From the NCBI RefSeq assembly GCF_030028105.1, contig NC_092376.1, forward strand, positions 119,782,230 through 119,846,229: 64,000 nucleotides of DNA, given 5' to 3'. Source of the DNA: Mobula birostris. Its lineage: Eukaryota. The translations under genes were made by a program, and so were the position numbers. This document shows, one piece after another, positions 25,491-39,264 of this stretch (the stretch's first letter is position 1; each line of letters begins with the position of its first letter). The notes under the pieces were generated by a model. The model searched no databases, had not been told where the DNA came from, and worked only from the letters and a program-made list of their open reading frames with translations.

Positions 25491-26934
25491 GTGAGTCACA
25501 CTAGATCAGCATTAAGTAAACTGCTTACTTACTGCTGAGATCAATAACTGAGATGGAAATAGATTGCAACAATCAACAAAATTTGATTTCTTACCTAATA
25601 TATATAATATTAACCATAATAGATACACAGTGTATAGAATTAAATGAAAGATTATGTTTGTAATTAGCTAGGCTTCCCGCATTTTTGTGTCTTTCTCTGA
25701 GTTGCCACGGATGAATTATGGCCTTTTGCAACATCAGAGTTATGAACCTCCATTTCCCAAAGGCTATCAATTTCTTTTGGATTCTTTGCCTCTAACTCAA
25801 TTCACTTACTGTGCTGAAGGTTGAACTCTGATGGGCTGTCACTCTGCTCAATTTTAAGGAAACATCCAAGTGATATAATTACATTTCCATGTATCTGACT
25901 GGCACTAATTGTTAACATTTTTATTATAACTTGAAAATTATATTTCTATAATATTCTATATACTTAGGGAAATGCAGTGGACTTCTCTGAAGGTGTAACT
26001 CCTATTACTTAATCCCACTTGCAAGCAGATGGAGGACTCCTGCAACGCAGAACCTAATGCCATCATCTACATCTGCGTATTTCACCTTTAGAATATTCTA
26101 GCAACTTTTCATTGGGCGTTTGTGCAAATTAAGGTTATCAGCTGTTTGAAAATTAGAACACTTCCACAGATATCAAAGTGAAGAGAGAAGGCAATGTATC
26201 CAGACAAGCAAATTGGATTGAAGAAACCTTAGTAAACTATTAATTGTTTAAACCATGGTTACTGGGTTAGAATATTCATTCAATATAAACTCTTGTGTAT
26301 GATGTACAGAAATACAGATAAGATCAAGATAAAGTTAAAAAAGTAATGTAATAATTTTAAAATCTCTAACAATGATTGAATTTCTTTCTCTCTCTATTTT
26401 TTCAGCTGACTGAAGCTCTTGAATACTATTGACAAACCTATCCACCTCTCTACTTATCATTGTTGACAATCTACATATTATACTCTTAGTCACGTGCCCT
26501 TTCATGGTTTGATATCAATTTTTGTTTTTGACAATGCTTCATAACAGTTTGTCGTAATGTTCTACTAAATTATCATCAGAAGTTGTTGTCCTCAATATGA
26601 TTTAGAAAGCAAACTCCACGTCAATCCTTGTTGTCAGTGATTTTAATTTAAGTGGACCTTTTCTATAAAGCAGTGATACATGTCTATGGAGAATTTACCT
26701 CAGCTTGGAGAACCATGTTTGCCATTCTGTTGATGTAGGCTGCAGAAGTCTAACTTATCAAGGTTTACAGTATCCTAACTGTTCAGGCTGTTAAAACTCT
26801 TTCTACTCATTCCCGTAAAGATTAGCCATATCTCCTATGGTCTTAACTGCACACTCCTCTCAGTATTTATTAATGGACATTTGGTTGCATAAGCTTTTTG
26901 TAGATCTTTGATTTTCAGTTATTCAGATTAATGA

Positions 26935-27195
26935 CTGACTCCATACAACATGGAAACAGGCTCTTCATTCCAACTCATTCAAGCCAAATAAAATTCCCAT
27001 ATAAGCTAGTCCCATTTTCCCACATTTAATCAACATCCCTTCAAGCCTTCCCCATCAACCTAAGCACCCTTAAATGTTGTTAAAAGTTCCTGTCTGAACC
27101 ATTTCCTCTGGCAGCCCATTCCACACACTGACCACACTCTGCGTGAAAAAAATTGCCCCTCAGGTTTACACCAAATTTCTCCTCTCTCACCCCTT
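26935..27195 (-). mobile_element. CR1 3' fragment
   Basis: ggcagcccattccacacactgaccacactctgcgtgaaaaaaattgcccctcag. Confidence 0.75.
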
Positions 27196-27429
27196 AGCTC
27201 ATGGCTTACAGATCACAAGGACCCAGCTCTGGAAAAATATATGCTTGATGCACAATACTCTGACATAACATTTATCTTCTTCAAGTACGGGACCAAAATC
27301 CCTTTTGAAAGTTTCAAATTCATGCCTTTCCAGAACCAGATCAGAGATCACTAGAATAGGACAATTTAATTCAACCAGTACCTACTCTACTTTGAAAAGG
27401 GATACTACAAAACTACTTCAGTGAAATTC

Positions 27430-27700
27430 ATTTATTGAGATATAGTGTAGAATAGGTCCTTCCAGCACCTTGAGGCACGTCACCTGGCAATCCTCTGATT
27501 TAAACCTAGCCTAATCATGGTGGAATTTACAATGATCAATTATCCTACTAATTGGTACGCTTTTGAACTGTGGGAGGAAACTGGAGCACCCGGAGGAAAC
27601 CCACGTGGTCACAGGGAGAACATACAAGCTCCTCACAAGCAGCGGCGGGATTTGAACCCGGCACCGTAAAGCGTAGTGCTAACCACTACACTACCGTGCT
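27430..27700 (-). mobile_element. V-domain tRNA SINE (HE1-like)
   Basis: gtgggaggaaactggagcacccggaggaaacccacgtggtcacagggagaac (V-domain); B box ggttcaaatccc and A box on minus strand. Confidence 0.9.
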
Positions 27701-27759
27701 GAAATCAATTGTCCTAAAGCATGTACCAAACAAATTAAATCGCTTTGTTGTTCAACATA

Positions 27760-27890
27760 AATGCAGAAACTGCAGATGACAGAAATCAGAAATAAAAATA
27801 GAAAATGAAGGAAAGACTCGTCTGGCCAGGCAGCATCTGTGGAAAGAGTTAAAGAATGAATATTTCAGGTCATCAGAAGTGGAAAACAGT
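27760..27890 (-). mobile_element. Penelope pLTR remnant
   Basis: ctgcagatg...ggccaggcagcatctgtggaaagag...tttcaggtcatcag. Confidence 0.55.
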
Positions 27891-28468
27891 TGCTGAATCT
27901 TGTCTGCATTGACTGTGATAGTATTTCTGAGATGCTACAACTTAGACGGTACTCAGTTGTACTGAGAATTAAGTAATTTGAAGTGAAGAAAAGGCTCTAA
28001 TTTTACCCATTTAACTTCAAATATTCTGAGAGAAAATCTTTGAATTCAGCCTTGGGATAAAGTCCAAAATTTTGCAGCTGCGGTTATCACTTGCCCACTT
28101 TGTTTTGTGGAGTACAGACATTTTGATTCTTACACTTCAGTTTGAAATATTCAGGATTAAAATTAGCCCTCAATATAAGCTTAGGTTAATATGAGAGTCA
28201 CACAGCTGCACCAACCTAGCACAAAGAGTCCATCTGATGCCTTTCTTTCTCCATAGATTTTATTCACTGTGCTTGGTTTTCCATCAATATTGATTTGACT
28301 TTTTCAAGTAGGAATTTTCCGCATCTGTGTCATTAAATTTAACTTGATCTGCATTTTATTTCTGTTTCATCTTTAACTTGCTATGTCCTGATTATGCCAG
28401 AGTTTGATTGATGACATTTAGTTACATGAAATGGATCAAACATGATGCATAAGGCATTCTGATAAGAT

Positions 28469-28742
28469 GTGGGGTTGCACAGTAGCGTAATGGTTAACAG
28501 AACTCTTTATAGTGCCAGCAAACTGAGTTCAATTCCCTCCACTGCCTGTAATGTGTTTGTACGTGCTCCCGCTGGCTGCATGGGTTTCCTCCGGGTGCTC
28601 CGATGTCCTCCCAGAGTCCAATATGTACCAGTTAGTAGGTTAGTTGGTTATTGTAAATTGCCCTGTGATTAGTCTAGTGTTAAATTGGGGGTTGCTGTGT
28701 GACGCTGCTTGAAGAGCCAGAAGCGCTCAGTAAATAAATAAG
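28469..28742 (+). mobile_element. V-domain tRNA SINE (HE1-like)
   Basis: gcacagtagcgtaatggttaac, gagttcaattccc, tgggtttcctccgggtgctccg, (TAAA)n tail. Confidence 0.9.
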
Positions 28743-29074
28743 ATTGTTCCCCTATTAAAATTATAAATCACTGTTAAGATGATTGAAGGTATCAGGATGG
28801 GTGTGATCAATTAATTGTTATTTTATTCATTTACTTTTCTAATATCTTAATTTAGTTGTTCTGTTTGTCCATTGACTTTTTATTACTGTTGTTTCAGTTA
28901 GTATATCATATTTTTCCAATAATGTTATAGCAAAATATCTCTTTGCATGAAGTCATTATTTATCGTGTATGACAGAGTAAGTACTTTGAAATTTGGTTCA
29001 GTTAACTATGCCTGAACTAATTCTTGGAAGCAGATTGCAACCTGTAGGCACTGTTGCATCATACATTTAATTAA

Positions 29075-30090
29075 TGAGGCTGAAGGTGATGGATCTACTA
29101 CAATTTGCCTATCGCCACAATAGGTCTACGATGGACGCTATCTCATTGCCTCTTCATGCAGCATTGGGTCACCTGGACAATACAATACCTGTGTCAGGAT
29201 GCTGTTTATTGACTACAGCTCAGCATTTAACACCTACAGACCTGATCGAAAAGCTCCAGAACCTGGGACTCTATACCTCCCTCTGCAACTGGATCCTCGA
29301 CATCCTAACCAGAAGATCATAATCTGTCTGGATCAGAAGTAACATCACTTCACTGACAATCAACACTGGTGCACCTCAGGGATATGTGTTTAGCCCAGTG
29401 CTCTACTTTCTCTAACTCCATGATGTGTGGCTAGGCACTATTTAAATGCTCTTTATAGATTTGCTAATGAGACATCCATTGTTGGCAAAATTTCAGATGG
29501 TAACAATAGGGCATACAGAAGGGAGCTTTTTCTGCAAGTTGGGTGGTGTCACAGCAACAACCTTGTACTCAATGTCAGTAAGACCAAAGAACTGATTGTG
29601 GATTTCAGAAAGGGTAAGACGAGAGAACACACACTAATCCTCATAGAGGGATCGGAAGTGGAAAGAGAGAGCAACTTCAAGTGCTGAGGATCTATCCTGC
29701 ACCCAATATATCGATGCAGCTACAAAGGTGGCACAAAAGCAGCTATATTTCATTGAGAGTTTGAGATTTGCTATGTCACCAAAGACAGTCGCAAAAATCT
29801 ATATATGACCATGGACAGCATTCTAACAGGCTGCATCACCGCCTGATATGGAGGTGGGCTACTGCACAGGATTAAAGTAAGCTGCAGGGAGTTGTAAACT
29901 TAGTCAGCTCCAGCATGGGCACTAACCTCCATGGTGTCATCAGGAAGGAGGTAAACAAGCCTCAATGATTCAGGAAAGTTTTCTTCCCTTCTGCCATTTA
30001 ATTTCTGAAGTCACATTGAACCCATGAACACTAACCCACTACATTTTTTTTATTTCATGACATTTGAAGGCGATATTAAACCTGATTCTG
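29075..30090 (+). mobile_element. Rex1/Babar LINE fragment
   Basis: DLLQFAYRHNRSTMDAIS, SLCNWILD, LNVSKTKELIVDFRKG; ends attaaacctgattctg. Confidence 0.9.
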
Positions 30091-31078
30091 GCCTTTTACT
30101 AGGTAGATGGCACTGACTAGTGATGTTCAACAGGGGTCTGTGTTGGGACTGATTCTTTTTACATTATATGTCAATGATTTGGAAGATGGAATTGATAGCT
30201 TTGTTGCAAAGTTTGCAGAATATATGAAGATAGGTGGAGGGGCAGGTGGTTTTGAAGAAGTGGAGAGGCTACAGAAAGACTTAGATATATTAGGAGAAAG
30301 GGCAGCAAAATAGCAAATGGAATAGTGTGGGGAAGTGTATGGTCATGCACTTTGGTAGAAGAAATGAAAGGGTTCATTATTTTCTAAACAGAGAGAAAAT
30401 ACAAAAAGACTGAGGTGCAAAGGGACTTGGATGTCCTTGTGCAGGATTCCCTAAAGTTTAACTTGCAGGCTGGTAAGAAAGACAAATGCAATGTTAGCAT
30501 TTATTTTAAGAGGACTAGAATATAAATGCAAAGATGAAATGATTTTATAAAACACTGGTGAGGCCTCACTTGCAGTATTCTGAGCAGATTTGGGTCCCAT
30601 TTCTTAGAAAGGATGTGCTGAAACTGGAGAAGGTTCAAAGGAGTTTCACAAAAATGATTCCAGGATTGAATGGGTTGTCATATGAAAAGCATTTTATGGC
30701 TCTGAGCCTGTGTTCACTAGCATTCAGAAAAATGAGGGGTGACCACATTGAAACCTATCAAATGGTGAAAGGCCTTGACAGAGTGGATGTGGAAGGGATG
30801 TTTCCTCTGGTGGTAGAGTCTAAGACTTGAGGACACAGCTTCAGAATAGAGGGATGTCCTGTTAGAATGGAGATGAGGAGGAATCTGTGGAATTCTTTGC
30901 CACAGGCAGCTGTGGAGGCTAAGTCTTTATGTACAGTACATTTATGGCAGAGGTTGATCGATTCTTGATTGGTCAGAACACAATGAGATATGGGGAGAAG
31001 ACAGGAGATTAGAGCTGAGAGAAAAATTGGATGAAATGGTAGAGCCAAATGGCCTAATTCAGCTCCTATATCGTCTAG
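30091..31078 (+). mobile_element. CR1 LINE 3' portion
   Basis: QGSVLGLILFTLYVNDL..AKFAE, RPHLQY, MRGDHIETY. Confidence 0.9.
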
Positions 31079-32217
31079 TCAATTTTTTTCCTCTTCAAAA
31101 TACACTCAGCTTGCAGATAAGTGCAGAATTCATGGCTACTTTTGAGGAAATATGCTAATGATGTCCTTACATTGTATTTTAAAACAGGCCTTTCAAATTA
31201 ATTGATCAGTACAAGGTTTCTGTGGTAAGCACTGGAAATTTTCCTTCGTACTTCAACAGCGTAATCAATTTGTTTGATGATTTTACTATTATTTCTAAGA
31301 GCATTGAATTGTCACTTGCTCTTAGCTTTCTATCTGATTCCTTTTGAATACCTAACTAGTATTTACTTGATTACTTCTATTTAAGGACATAAATAGAATT
31401 TGTATTTTGACCAGTAAATAATAGCTGTATTATTTCCAAAGCTAAATAGAGAATAATCGTAATGCCACTGATGATTGAAATTTTGTGCAGTCAGTGTCAA
31501 ATTCCATTTCTGTACTCCTGTGTTTTCTCCAAAACGTCAATTGATTTATTTTCCTTTCAACCTTTCAGTTCTATTTCTGTCATCAGATTTCATTCCTCAG
31601 GTAGCCACTCTTATCTATGAGCCTGAGCACTGCACCATGGTAGAAAGCATTGATGAGATGTCATCATTAAGCTGCAGCTACCTGACCCCTCCAAGACAGT
31701 TCAGTGGCAAGCATGGAAGCTGCATTTAGTTTCGACCCTGTCAACACAAAAGCTAAGGACTAGGTAACTAGGGGCTGGAAATGATGCATTCATAAGTTCT
31801 GGAATGTCACAATGCTTTTATTTGTCAACTAATTGAGAACCTGGTGAATTCATGTTCAAAGCTGTAAATTGTGATATATTTTATGTAACAACTATTTTTA
31901 ATCTCTATAAAACACTTGCTATCATTCCTAATGTGATGAAGAAATTAGTTTTTATATTTAAAAAAAAGCTATGATTGTCTAAATAGTCTCTCCGCCAACT
32001 CATGTCAAAGTCAATACCAATTATCTTGATAACTAGACACTTCTTAAAGCTGAGAACACATGAATAGAAAACTAAACAAGTATCAGATTTAAGTTAGGGG
32101 TGTGACTAAATGAGTGATCCTTTGTGATGAGAATCATGTTTGGAGGGTGCTTGCTGTTGAATCCAGGTCTGGTCTTCATGACTGTCTTTCCATTTCTTTT
32201 TTTGGGTCATCAGTTCT

Positions 32218-32492
32218 CACCTTCAAGGAGTAATGCCTCAAAAAGGAGGCATCCATCATTAAGGACTCCAAGCACCCAGGTCATGCCTTGTTCTCGTTGC
32301 TACCATCAGAAAGGAAGTACAGAAGCCTGACGGCACAGGCTCAACGATTCAGGAACAGCTTTTTCCCCTCTGCCATCCAATTTCTTCATGGACATTGAAC
32401 CCGTGAACACTACACCATTACTTTTTTATTTCTATGTCTAATTTATGTTTTTTCTCTAGTATTATGTATTGCTGATATTATACTTGATTCTG
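32218..32492 (+). mobile_element. Rex1/Babar 3' fragment
   Basis: gcatccatcattaaggac...caacgattcaggaacagctttttcccctctgccatc...ttgaacccgtgaacactac. Confidence 0.75.
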
Positions 32493-33589
32493 TTTCTAAT
32501 TCATTTGTTTCATTAGCAACCTTTGATCTGTGTTTACAAGATCAGCAATAATTTCTAAGGTATCAGAACTTTAAGGGGAACTGTGTAACTCCAAAGAAAA
32601 CTGTCTCAGACTGGTGTCATATTATAAGAGCTTATTGAAAACTCTCTCTGGTTACTGTCTCCCTCTAAAACAAAGAAACAAGTGAGTAAGAAGAAAAGGA
32701 GTGAACAAAAATAAGAAAAGGGCAGAGAGGGAGTGAATTGGGAAGGAGACAAAATCTTATAAAGTGATAAGGTATTGAAGAGACAGATGGAATGATATTT
32801 CTGGGACTGCAGAGACTGCATCTGAAAAATTTGTAGTTCTCCCTCAATTCCATTTTTAGTATTCCGCAAAGCTTCATCTAAAGTAGATCAACACCTTGTC
32901 TCTTTTTTAATAGATATTTTTATCACATTTCTTGTCTTGGGGCAGATTGTTGAAACCTCATTCATCATGTAATTATTTATTTTGGGGTTAATAAAATAGC
33001 ATGTTTATTTAGATACACAGTTTAAACGTAACTTTTGCACTTGAAAAAAACATTTTCTTTGTGAAAAGATTCAATTAAATTCAGGGTTGAATGGAGAGAG
33101 AAATTATATCTTGTTTCATTCATTTCATGTATGTTCAGTTTTATCAAAATAATTGTTTAAATTAGTAAAGTAAAGCCATAGTTTGCTAAGCACAAAACGA
33201 TTAAGACAGATCCATCAATCAATGCTTTAAGGTGAACTTTTGGCTTAGAAATTAGATTGCACAATTAGAAGTTTTTGTGTACTACACAAACAGATTTTAA
33301 TGAAAACCTGATTGCCTTATGAACAATTAGAATACTTTCTTAAGCTGTATTTTTGTCTCTTGTCTCCTGTTAATGTGTTATGTATGTCTTCAAAAGCCAC
33401 TGGGCATGTGCAGTGACTACTGGTGTCAATACACAATTAATGTCTCTTGTGAAATGTTGTAATCGAACATATGGGATTTATGAGTGGCGTAGATCTCCAC
33501 TACAGCAACTGTTTCTAATCAGATGACTATGATAAGGGCTTTCTCCTTCTGCCTTCTCACTTTTCATAAATATTTCCAGTCTTTATTTT

Positions 33590-33732
33590 TTACCAGTCTT
33601 ATTGAAGGGTCTCAGCCCAAAACATCAACTGTACTCTTTTCCATAGATGCTGCCTGGCCTGTTGAGTTCTTCCAGCATTCTGTGTGTGTTGCTCGGATTT
33701 CCAGCAGCTGAAGATTTCCTCTTGTTTGTGAT
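33590..33732 (+). mobile_element. Penelope pLTR with degenerate hammerhead
   Basis: cagtcttattgaagggtctcagcccaaaacatcaactg...gatgctgcctggcctg...ccagcagctgaagatttcctcttgtttgtg. Confidence 0.8.
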
Positions 33733-35689
33733 AAATATTTCCCTTGTAGTTTTCTACTTCCAACTTCATTTCTGTGGTTAGATTCTCTATTGCAAATAGT
33801 TATTCTTATTCTGTTGAATTTGAGCAAGGCATGGCAGCAGACTTGGATAGCGTTCAAACATTGAATCTGATTCTGTAACTATCAAGCATCTTTATGATTA
33901 AATATGATGTCCCTACTAGAGCCTCTGTAGGGATCACAGCACTGATGCTTTTACTTTCCCTCAAAATAAGCTCTTGTTTTATCTAAACTTCCTTTGTTAA
34001 TGTTCTCTATCACTCTCACCTGATTAACACAATCACTCCTGCATGATCTCTTCCCCAGCTCCCTGCTCTTCCTCCTCCCCAACAATACCAACCCCATTCT
34101 TTCTTGCTTCTCCTTTTCCCCACATTCTTCTTCTCGTCACTCCATATTTCTCCTCTCTGCTGTGACAGGAGGGTCACGGTGTGTGTTTGCCCGATGTGTA
34201 GAGGATTGGCGGACCCTCTCTGCCATGGTGGTCTCTGCACTGGCTCAGTCCAAGAGCAATTCACAACTCGACCCAGGAGCAGAGGATCAGCAGAAACCCC
34301 GTGAAGAGATGGAAACAAGATGTTAGACAGAAGAACACCAACAGACCCTCGAAGGAAAACTGAGTGACAGACCAGGACATACCATTCTCTATAAAACAGT
34401 AGGACTCCACTAAAGAGCTAACTAGAGACCACTTTAATTAATCATGAAATGTGAGAAACACGTGACAAAGACAATTAACTTGAGAAGACTAAAACGAAAG
34501 CTCAAGGGCTTAGCAACTCTAGTGAAGATAACAGTTAGTAAATAGAGGTGCTTTAGAAACCTAGAAAGTCAATGTTCTATGACAAACCACAGAACTCTGT
34601 GGGGCTCATGACAAAGAGATTATAGAAGTAAGACTTATTGCAGAGTTTATGTGCAAGTGGACATTTTAGACCCAGAATTGACAATTCTAATAATTGCAAC
34701 CATTTAGATGTTGGCCTTGTTAGAATATTGGAATGCTGCAATCTCAATGTAATGGCATGTTTTGCCCATGCAGGACAATGCCATTGCATGAAAACATTGA
34801 TAATCTTCTAGACTGATGTAATATTTTTTAAAGTTGCAAAATATTTTTGCACGTTTGAGGCTTAGAGCCAAGCCCTTCTCGTTAGCATTTTGAGTGATGA
34901 CAGAAGATTGTTCTTGACCTGCTTGAATAAGGGCTTCAAAGTATGGATCACAGAAGTTTCTGGAGCCTCTTCTAAAAACTTGCAGTGCAAACAAGTCGTG
35001 ATCTAGACAATAGATTTATGAAATCTTCTGTTCAGTCCTCACACTGTGCTTTGCACAAACGGAAATGATTCATGTAAACAATTCTGTTCTGTCAACAATC
35101 TCTGTGAACTCTGAATCCCCAATTGTTATAACACCAGTCTTGAACAACTAATCATTCTTTGTCATTGCTTTGCAATTCTCCCTGAGGTTTCTGCTTGAAT
35201 TTACTAATGACAAGCTCAAACCTGGTGCTTGGCAGAGCTGTGATAATGAGTCAGGATGCTGTGAATTTTGTATTGTGTGGGCAGACTCAGGGACATTCTG
35301 TTCATTCTGCACCTTGAAACCAAAGGGACAAAATGTCAAGTTTTTGTCTGGGAACCACTTGGAAACATTATATTTATTTCATCAGTCTTATGTTGTTAAG
35401 GTTGAGTGTATGCGTTCTCCGCAGTCAGAAATAAATGACACGAATATAACATTGTAGGGCATGACCTTAGAGGAATTCTCCAGCTTCACCAGCCCCAACT
35501 TGCTTAATACTTCCAATCTTATTATCTTAAAGATGATCCCTCTAATGAGGACTAAGGAGATAGTTCTTATCCAAATCAGTTAAATCCTAACTTAAGCTCT
35601 ATGAAAAGCAGTAAAACATTATCAAAAGTTAAAAACAAAGAATGAAAAGTGATACTCAATAACATAAAGATAGAGGTTTGAGGTGAAAT

Positions 35690-37340
35690 AGAACTAAGCC
35701 AGGGGCTGGAACGGGTCATTCAGCTCCTGAAGCCTTTTCACTCATCAACTAGATCTTGGCTGATGTACTTCCATTTTCCATATGCTTACTTCTAATCCAT
35801 ATCCATTATACTCTTACTGAACATAATTCAAGTGTTCAAAATTTAAATTGACTCTGAATCCAAGACCTTGTGACTCACAGAATTTTGATTCTCTACTATA
35901 ATTTATGTTATAAAATGTTTCTTAATGCTACTTTTGAATGGAATGTTTTAATTTACAGATAGTTTCCTTTATTCTGTATTTCTTAATAAAAACATTCTCC
36001 TCTTGTACATCCAATTATTTTAAATACATCAATTAGATCACACCATAACCTATTGTATTGAGGTAGACACAAAGTACTTCATGCAATATGTTTTCGCAAT
36101 TAAAGCTTCAACCACATCAACAATTCTTGGGGTGTACATGATAGAAACTAAACATTGTGCTCCAGAAGGGGTTCTGTTGTATATGCTATACAAATGAAAT
36201 GCCCAGTTCTCCCCTTTAGATAAGGGCTACTCTTCCACCTGACTTTTTGATTAGCACAACTGGACAATATACACGAGTTGAGCATAAGTATCTACATTTT
36301 TATTTCTCTTACTCTTATGAGAACACTCTGAATTGTTTGCTTAGATACAAGGTAGATAATCTCCCTTTCTCCACTTTGAATCCAGAGTCCAGTTTTCCGA
36401 CTCACTTGCTCTGCATATGTCCATGTAGAATATTAATTTCTACAGGTAACTGAAACTTTTTAACACTAGTCCAGGAAATTGTTTCTGCATTCCCTTCAAG
36501 ATCTTGACTTCCTTCATTGAATAAATTAACTCAACTGAATGTAAAGCTGAGGTCTTAAGGGTTAGCATATTACTATTAGTTTTTCACTTTATTTCAATTT
36601 TCTCCTTTCTTTCTCGCAAAGTCTCTGGTGAAAAAGTCTGAGTATCTAGCAGGGTGTATATGAGATTCCCAGGGATGTATGGGAGTGCCACTTGGATTTT
36701 GCAACTATTGACAATTGAACACTATTTGGAAGAGCAGTGGTTCTCCCATTGGCTTTGTCATCGACTTTACAATCCATAACATTAGAAGTAGATGAAAGTC
36801 ATCCTTGATCCTGAAAGTCTATCCAAAAAGAGGAAGTAGGTTTGATCCTTATCTTTTTTATGGTGTTGTCTATAAGAATCCATTTAGTATGAATATTTTT
36901 TTCCAAACCATTATGCTAGGGTGTCATAAGATTCAGGATTGTCAATAAAGCTCTTTGGCTAGAGTCTTAGAAGACCCTTTAACACTTTTTGATTAACAAA
37001 GCCAAGGATTCTCACTATTCTTCTTACAAGCCTGTATGCTTGACCAACATCATCAAAACATCATGGTTATACCCACCCTCATTTCTCTGTTCTTAAGCTT
37101 CCATTAAATTTGCACCATAGATTTCACATTACCTCTGCTCATTTTCCTACCATAAGGCATCATTATTCTGCACTAAATTTCATCTCCCATATGTCTTCCT
37201 AATTTAATAGGCAGTCTATATCTTCCTGAAGGCTGTTTCTAACATCATTATCGCTACAATTCTAAATTTTATATCATTTACAAACTCTGAACCAATGTCC
37301 ATTTACTGAAGTTCAAGTCATTAATATATGAACATGGCCA
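35690..37340 (-). mobile_element. Old degraded CR1 fragments
   Basis: cattcagctcctgaagcc...caactagatcttggctgat (3' end); cactaaatttcatctccca; tatcatttacaaact (KFADD antisense-like). Confidence 0.5.
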
Positions 37341-38280
37341 CCTACTCAATTTGTCACTGCTGTTTTACTGTATGTTATATATTTTATGCACATTACTGCA
37401 ATTGATAAATATATAACACACCCAATAAAGTATACTTAGTAAACAGGAAACAACAATAACTCCAAAGTCATAAAAATAACATATACATATCTCATAAGGA
37501 TCCCTAAAGGAAAAGATAAGAGATGGAACTGCCCTTCGATTGTTTTTCTTGAAATTTTTACTATTAGTCATTCCCAAACCATCAGTTGTAACATGGTGCC
37601 TGCAGTGCCATAGTGTTCTGTCAATTGTAATCCTGGCTCACGGGGAAACAATGCGATACGTTTGCTCAAATACTAATCTGTTTCTGGCAGGCAGAAAAGA
37701 GCTCAAAGCAGTTTTGAAACATTAGGACAAGCTACAGTATGAAGATAAATGCGTTTACTTGTTTTTGCACTGCAGTAACATTCTCTTTCTTTTTATAGTG
37801 AAAAAGAGACAGAATTTGATAGCCACTAAAAATGGGCAAAGAGATAGTAATAAGTAATTAACCCATGCCTATTGCTTCCAATGCAGGAGCCATTCTGACT
37901 TCAAGGATCAGACTGTGCAGTCAGTGTAAACCACGACATGGAGTCCATCTCAGCAGCATTCTTTATCACCACTCAAAGTTTTCCTGGAAACTTAAAGGGG
38001 GAGTGCACTGTAGTTGTAGCAGGTTCTTCGACCAGGGAGACATTGAAGAATAATATTGCACTGGCTAGAGCAAGTTCTGAGGTTCTCAGATGCTGTGCTG
38101 CAAGCCTTGGTGGAGGGGACGGAGAGGAAAAAGGATGTGATGTAAAAACAACAGACCAAGAAACCCTGTGAACAAACTTTGTGTTGAAATGGAGAACAGA
38201 TAGTTGTGATGGTAAAAGTCAGAAGTCAGTTCCTAAGGACACAGATGTAGTGTCATGAAAGTTTCAATAATCTCTGAAAC

Positions 38281-38600
38281 TATCATGGTCCAGACCAAAC
38301 AACAGCAAGCATACAAGTTTCGGTGCTCCAATTCTCCGGAGTATGGTTAATTGCAACTCTCCTTTAAGACCCAGACTGCCAATTATTGCCTGCCACATTG
38401 CTTCATGGAAAACCTTTAGTTAAAGACTCATGCTGAGCACTCAGTGCTCAATCATAGGAGTCCATCTCTTGCACGACTGTCTGTGATAATGCCTTTGGAT
38501 ATGGTTTGTGTCTTCTTGTTCATTTTGAATCTGAGTCTGGGTTAATTCTAGACCTAACTGTGTACTTGGGCTCACCACCATCCATAGCTCCCTTGTTCCA
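38281..38600 (+). repeat. 5' LTR
   Basis: Shares tgccaatta.tgcctgc.acattgcttcatgg, tgctgagcactcagtg.tcaatcata and ccatccat.gctc with 43597-43909; ends ...cca. Confidence 0.85.
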
Positions 38601-39264
38601 GCATGAATGAGCCATCATGAACCCAGAGGAGTATGAATGTCTGCGAACCACATTGGCTTACCATGAACCAACTGTAGGCAGACATGATGACATGCTTCAG
38701 GAGATCCTCACCACTCTTCAGAGACTTTCCGATTCTGGAAAGCAAGAACTGAGTTTGGCCAGAGTGGCAGCCAGATCTGGGCATGTTCAAGCTGGAGACT
38801 CTATCAATGTTTGTGATGAATCACTGCACCTACCTGCTTCTCAGCAGGAAGTATGCCAAAAATTTCTGGTATAATGCTCCTTAGACTTTGTGTTAAAGCC
38901 ACCCAAGTTCCCTTCAGAATGCAATAAGGTAGACTATATCATCTTGATCCTTACTGGAAGAGTCCTTGCCTGGACCAGCACACTCAGGGAGAAAGATTCA
39001 CCCATCTGTGCCAGTGCAGACCTGTTTTCAGAATCCTCCTCAAGAAGGATGTTCTACAATCCCACCAAAGGATATGGGTCAGTGATGAAGCTCTTCAACT
39101 TGCACCAGGGGAATCGGTTTGTGGCCAATTATTCCATAGAATTTTCTACCTTGGCTGCAAAGAGCAGTTGGAATATGGAAGCACAAAACACTCTATTCTC
39201 GAAGGGATTAAGTGATGAGGTAAAGGTTGCCATTGCAGCCTGAGACCCGGTGGAGGATTTAGAG

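Noticed and set aside
26380-26432. Strong polypyrimidine+CAG acceptor followed by LTEALEYY*
   Set aside because: Too short, and there is no partner exon or recognisable protein.
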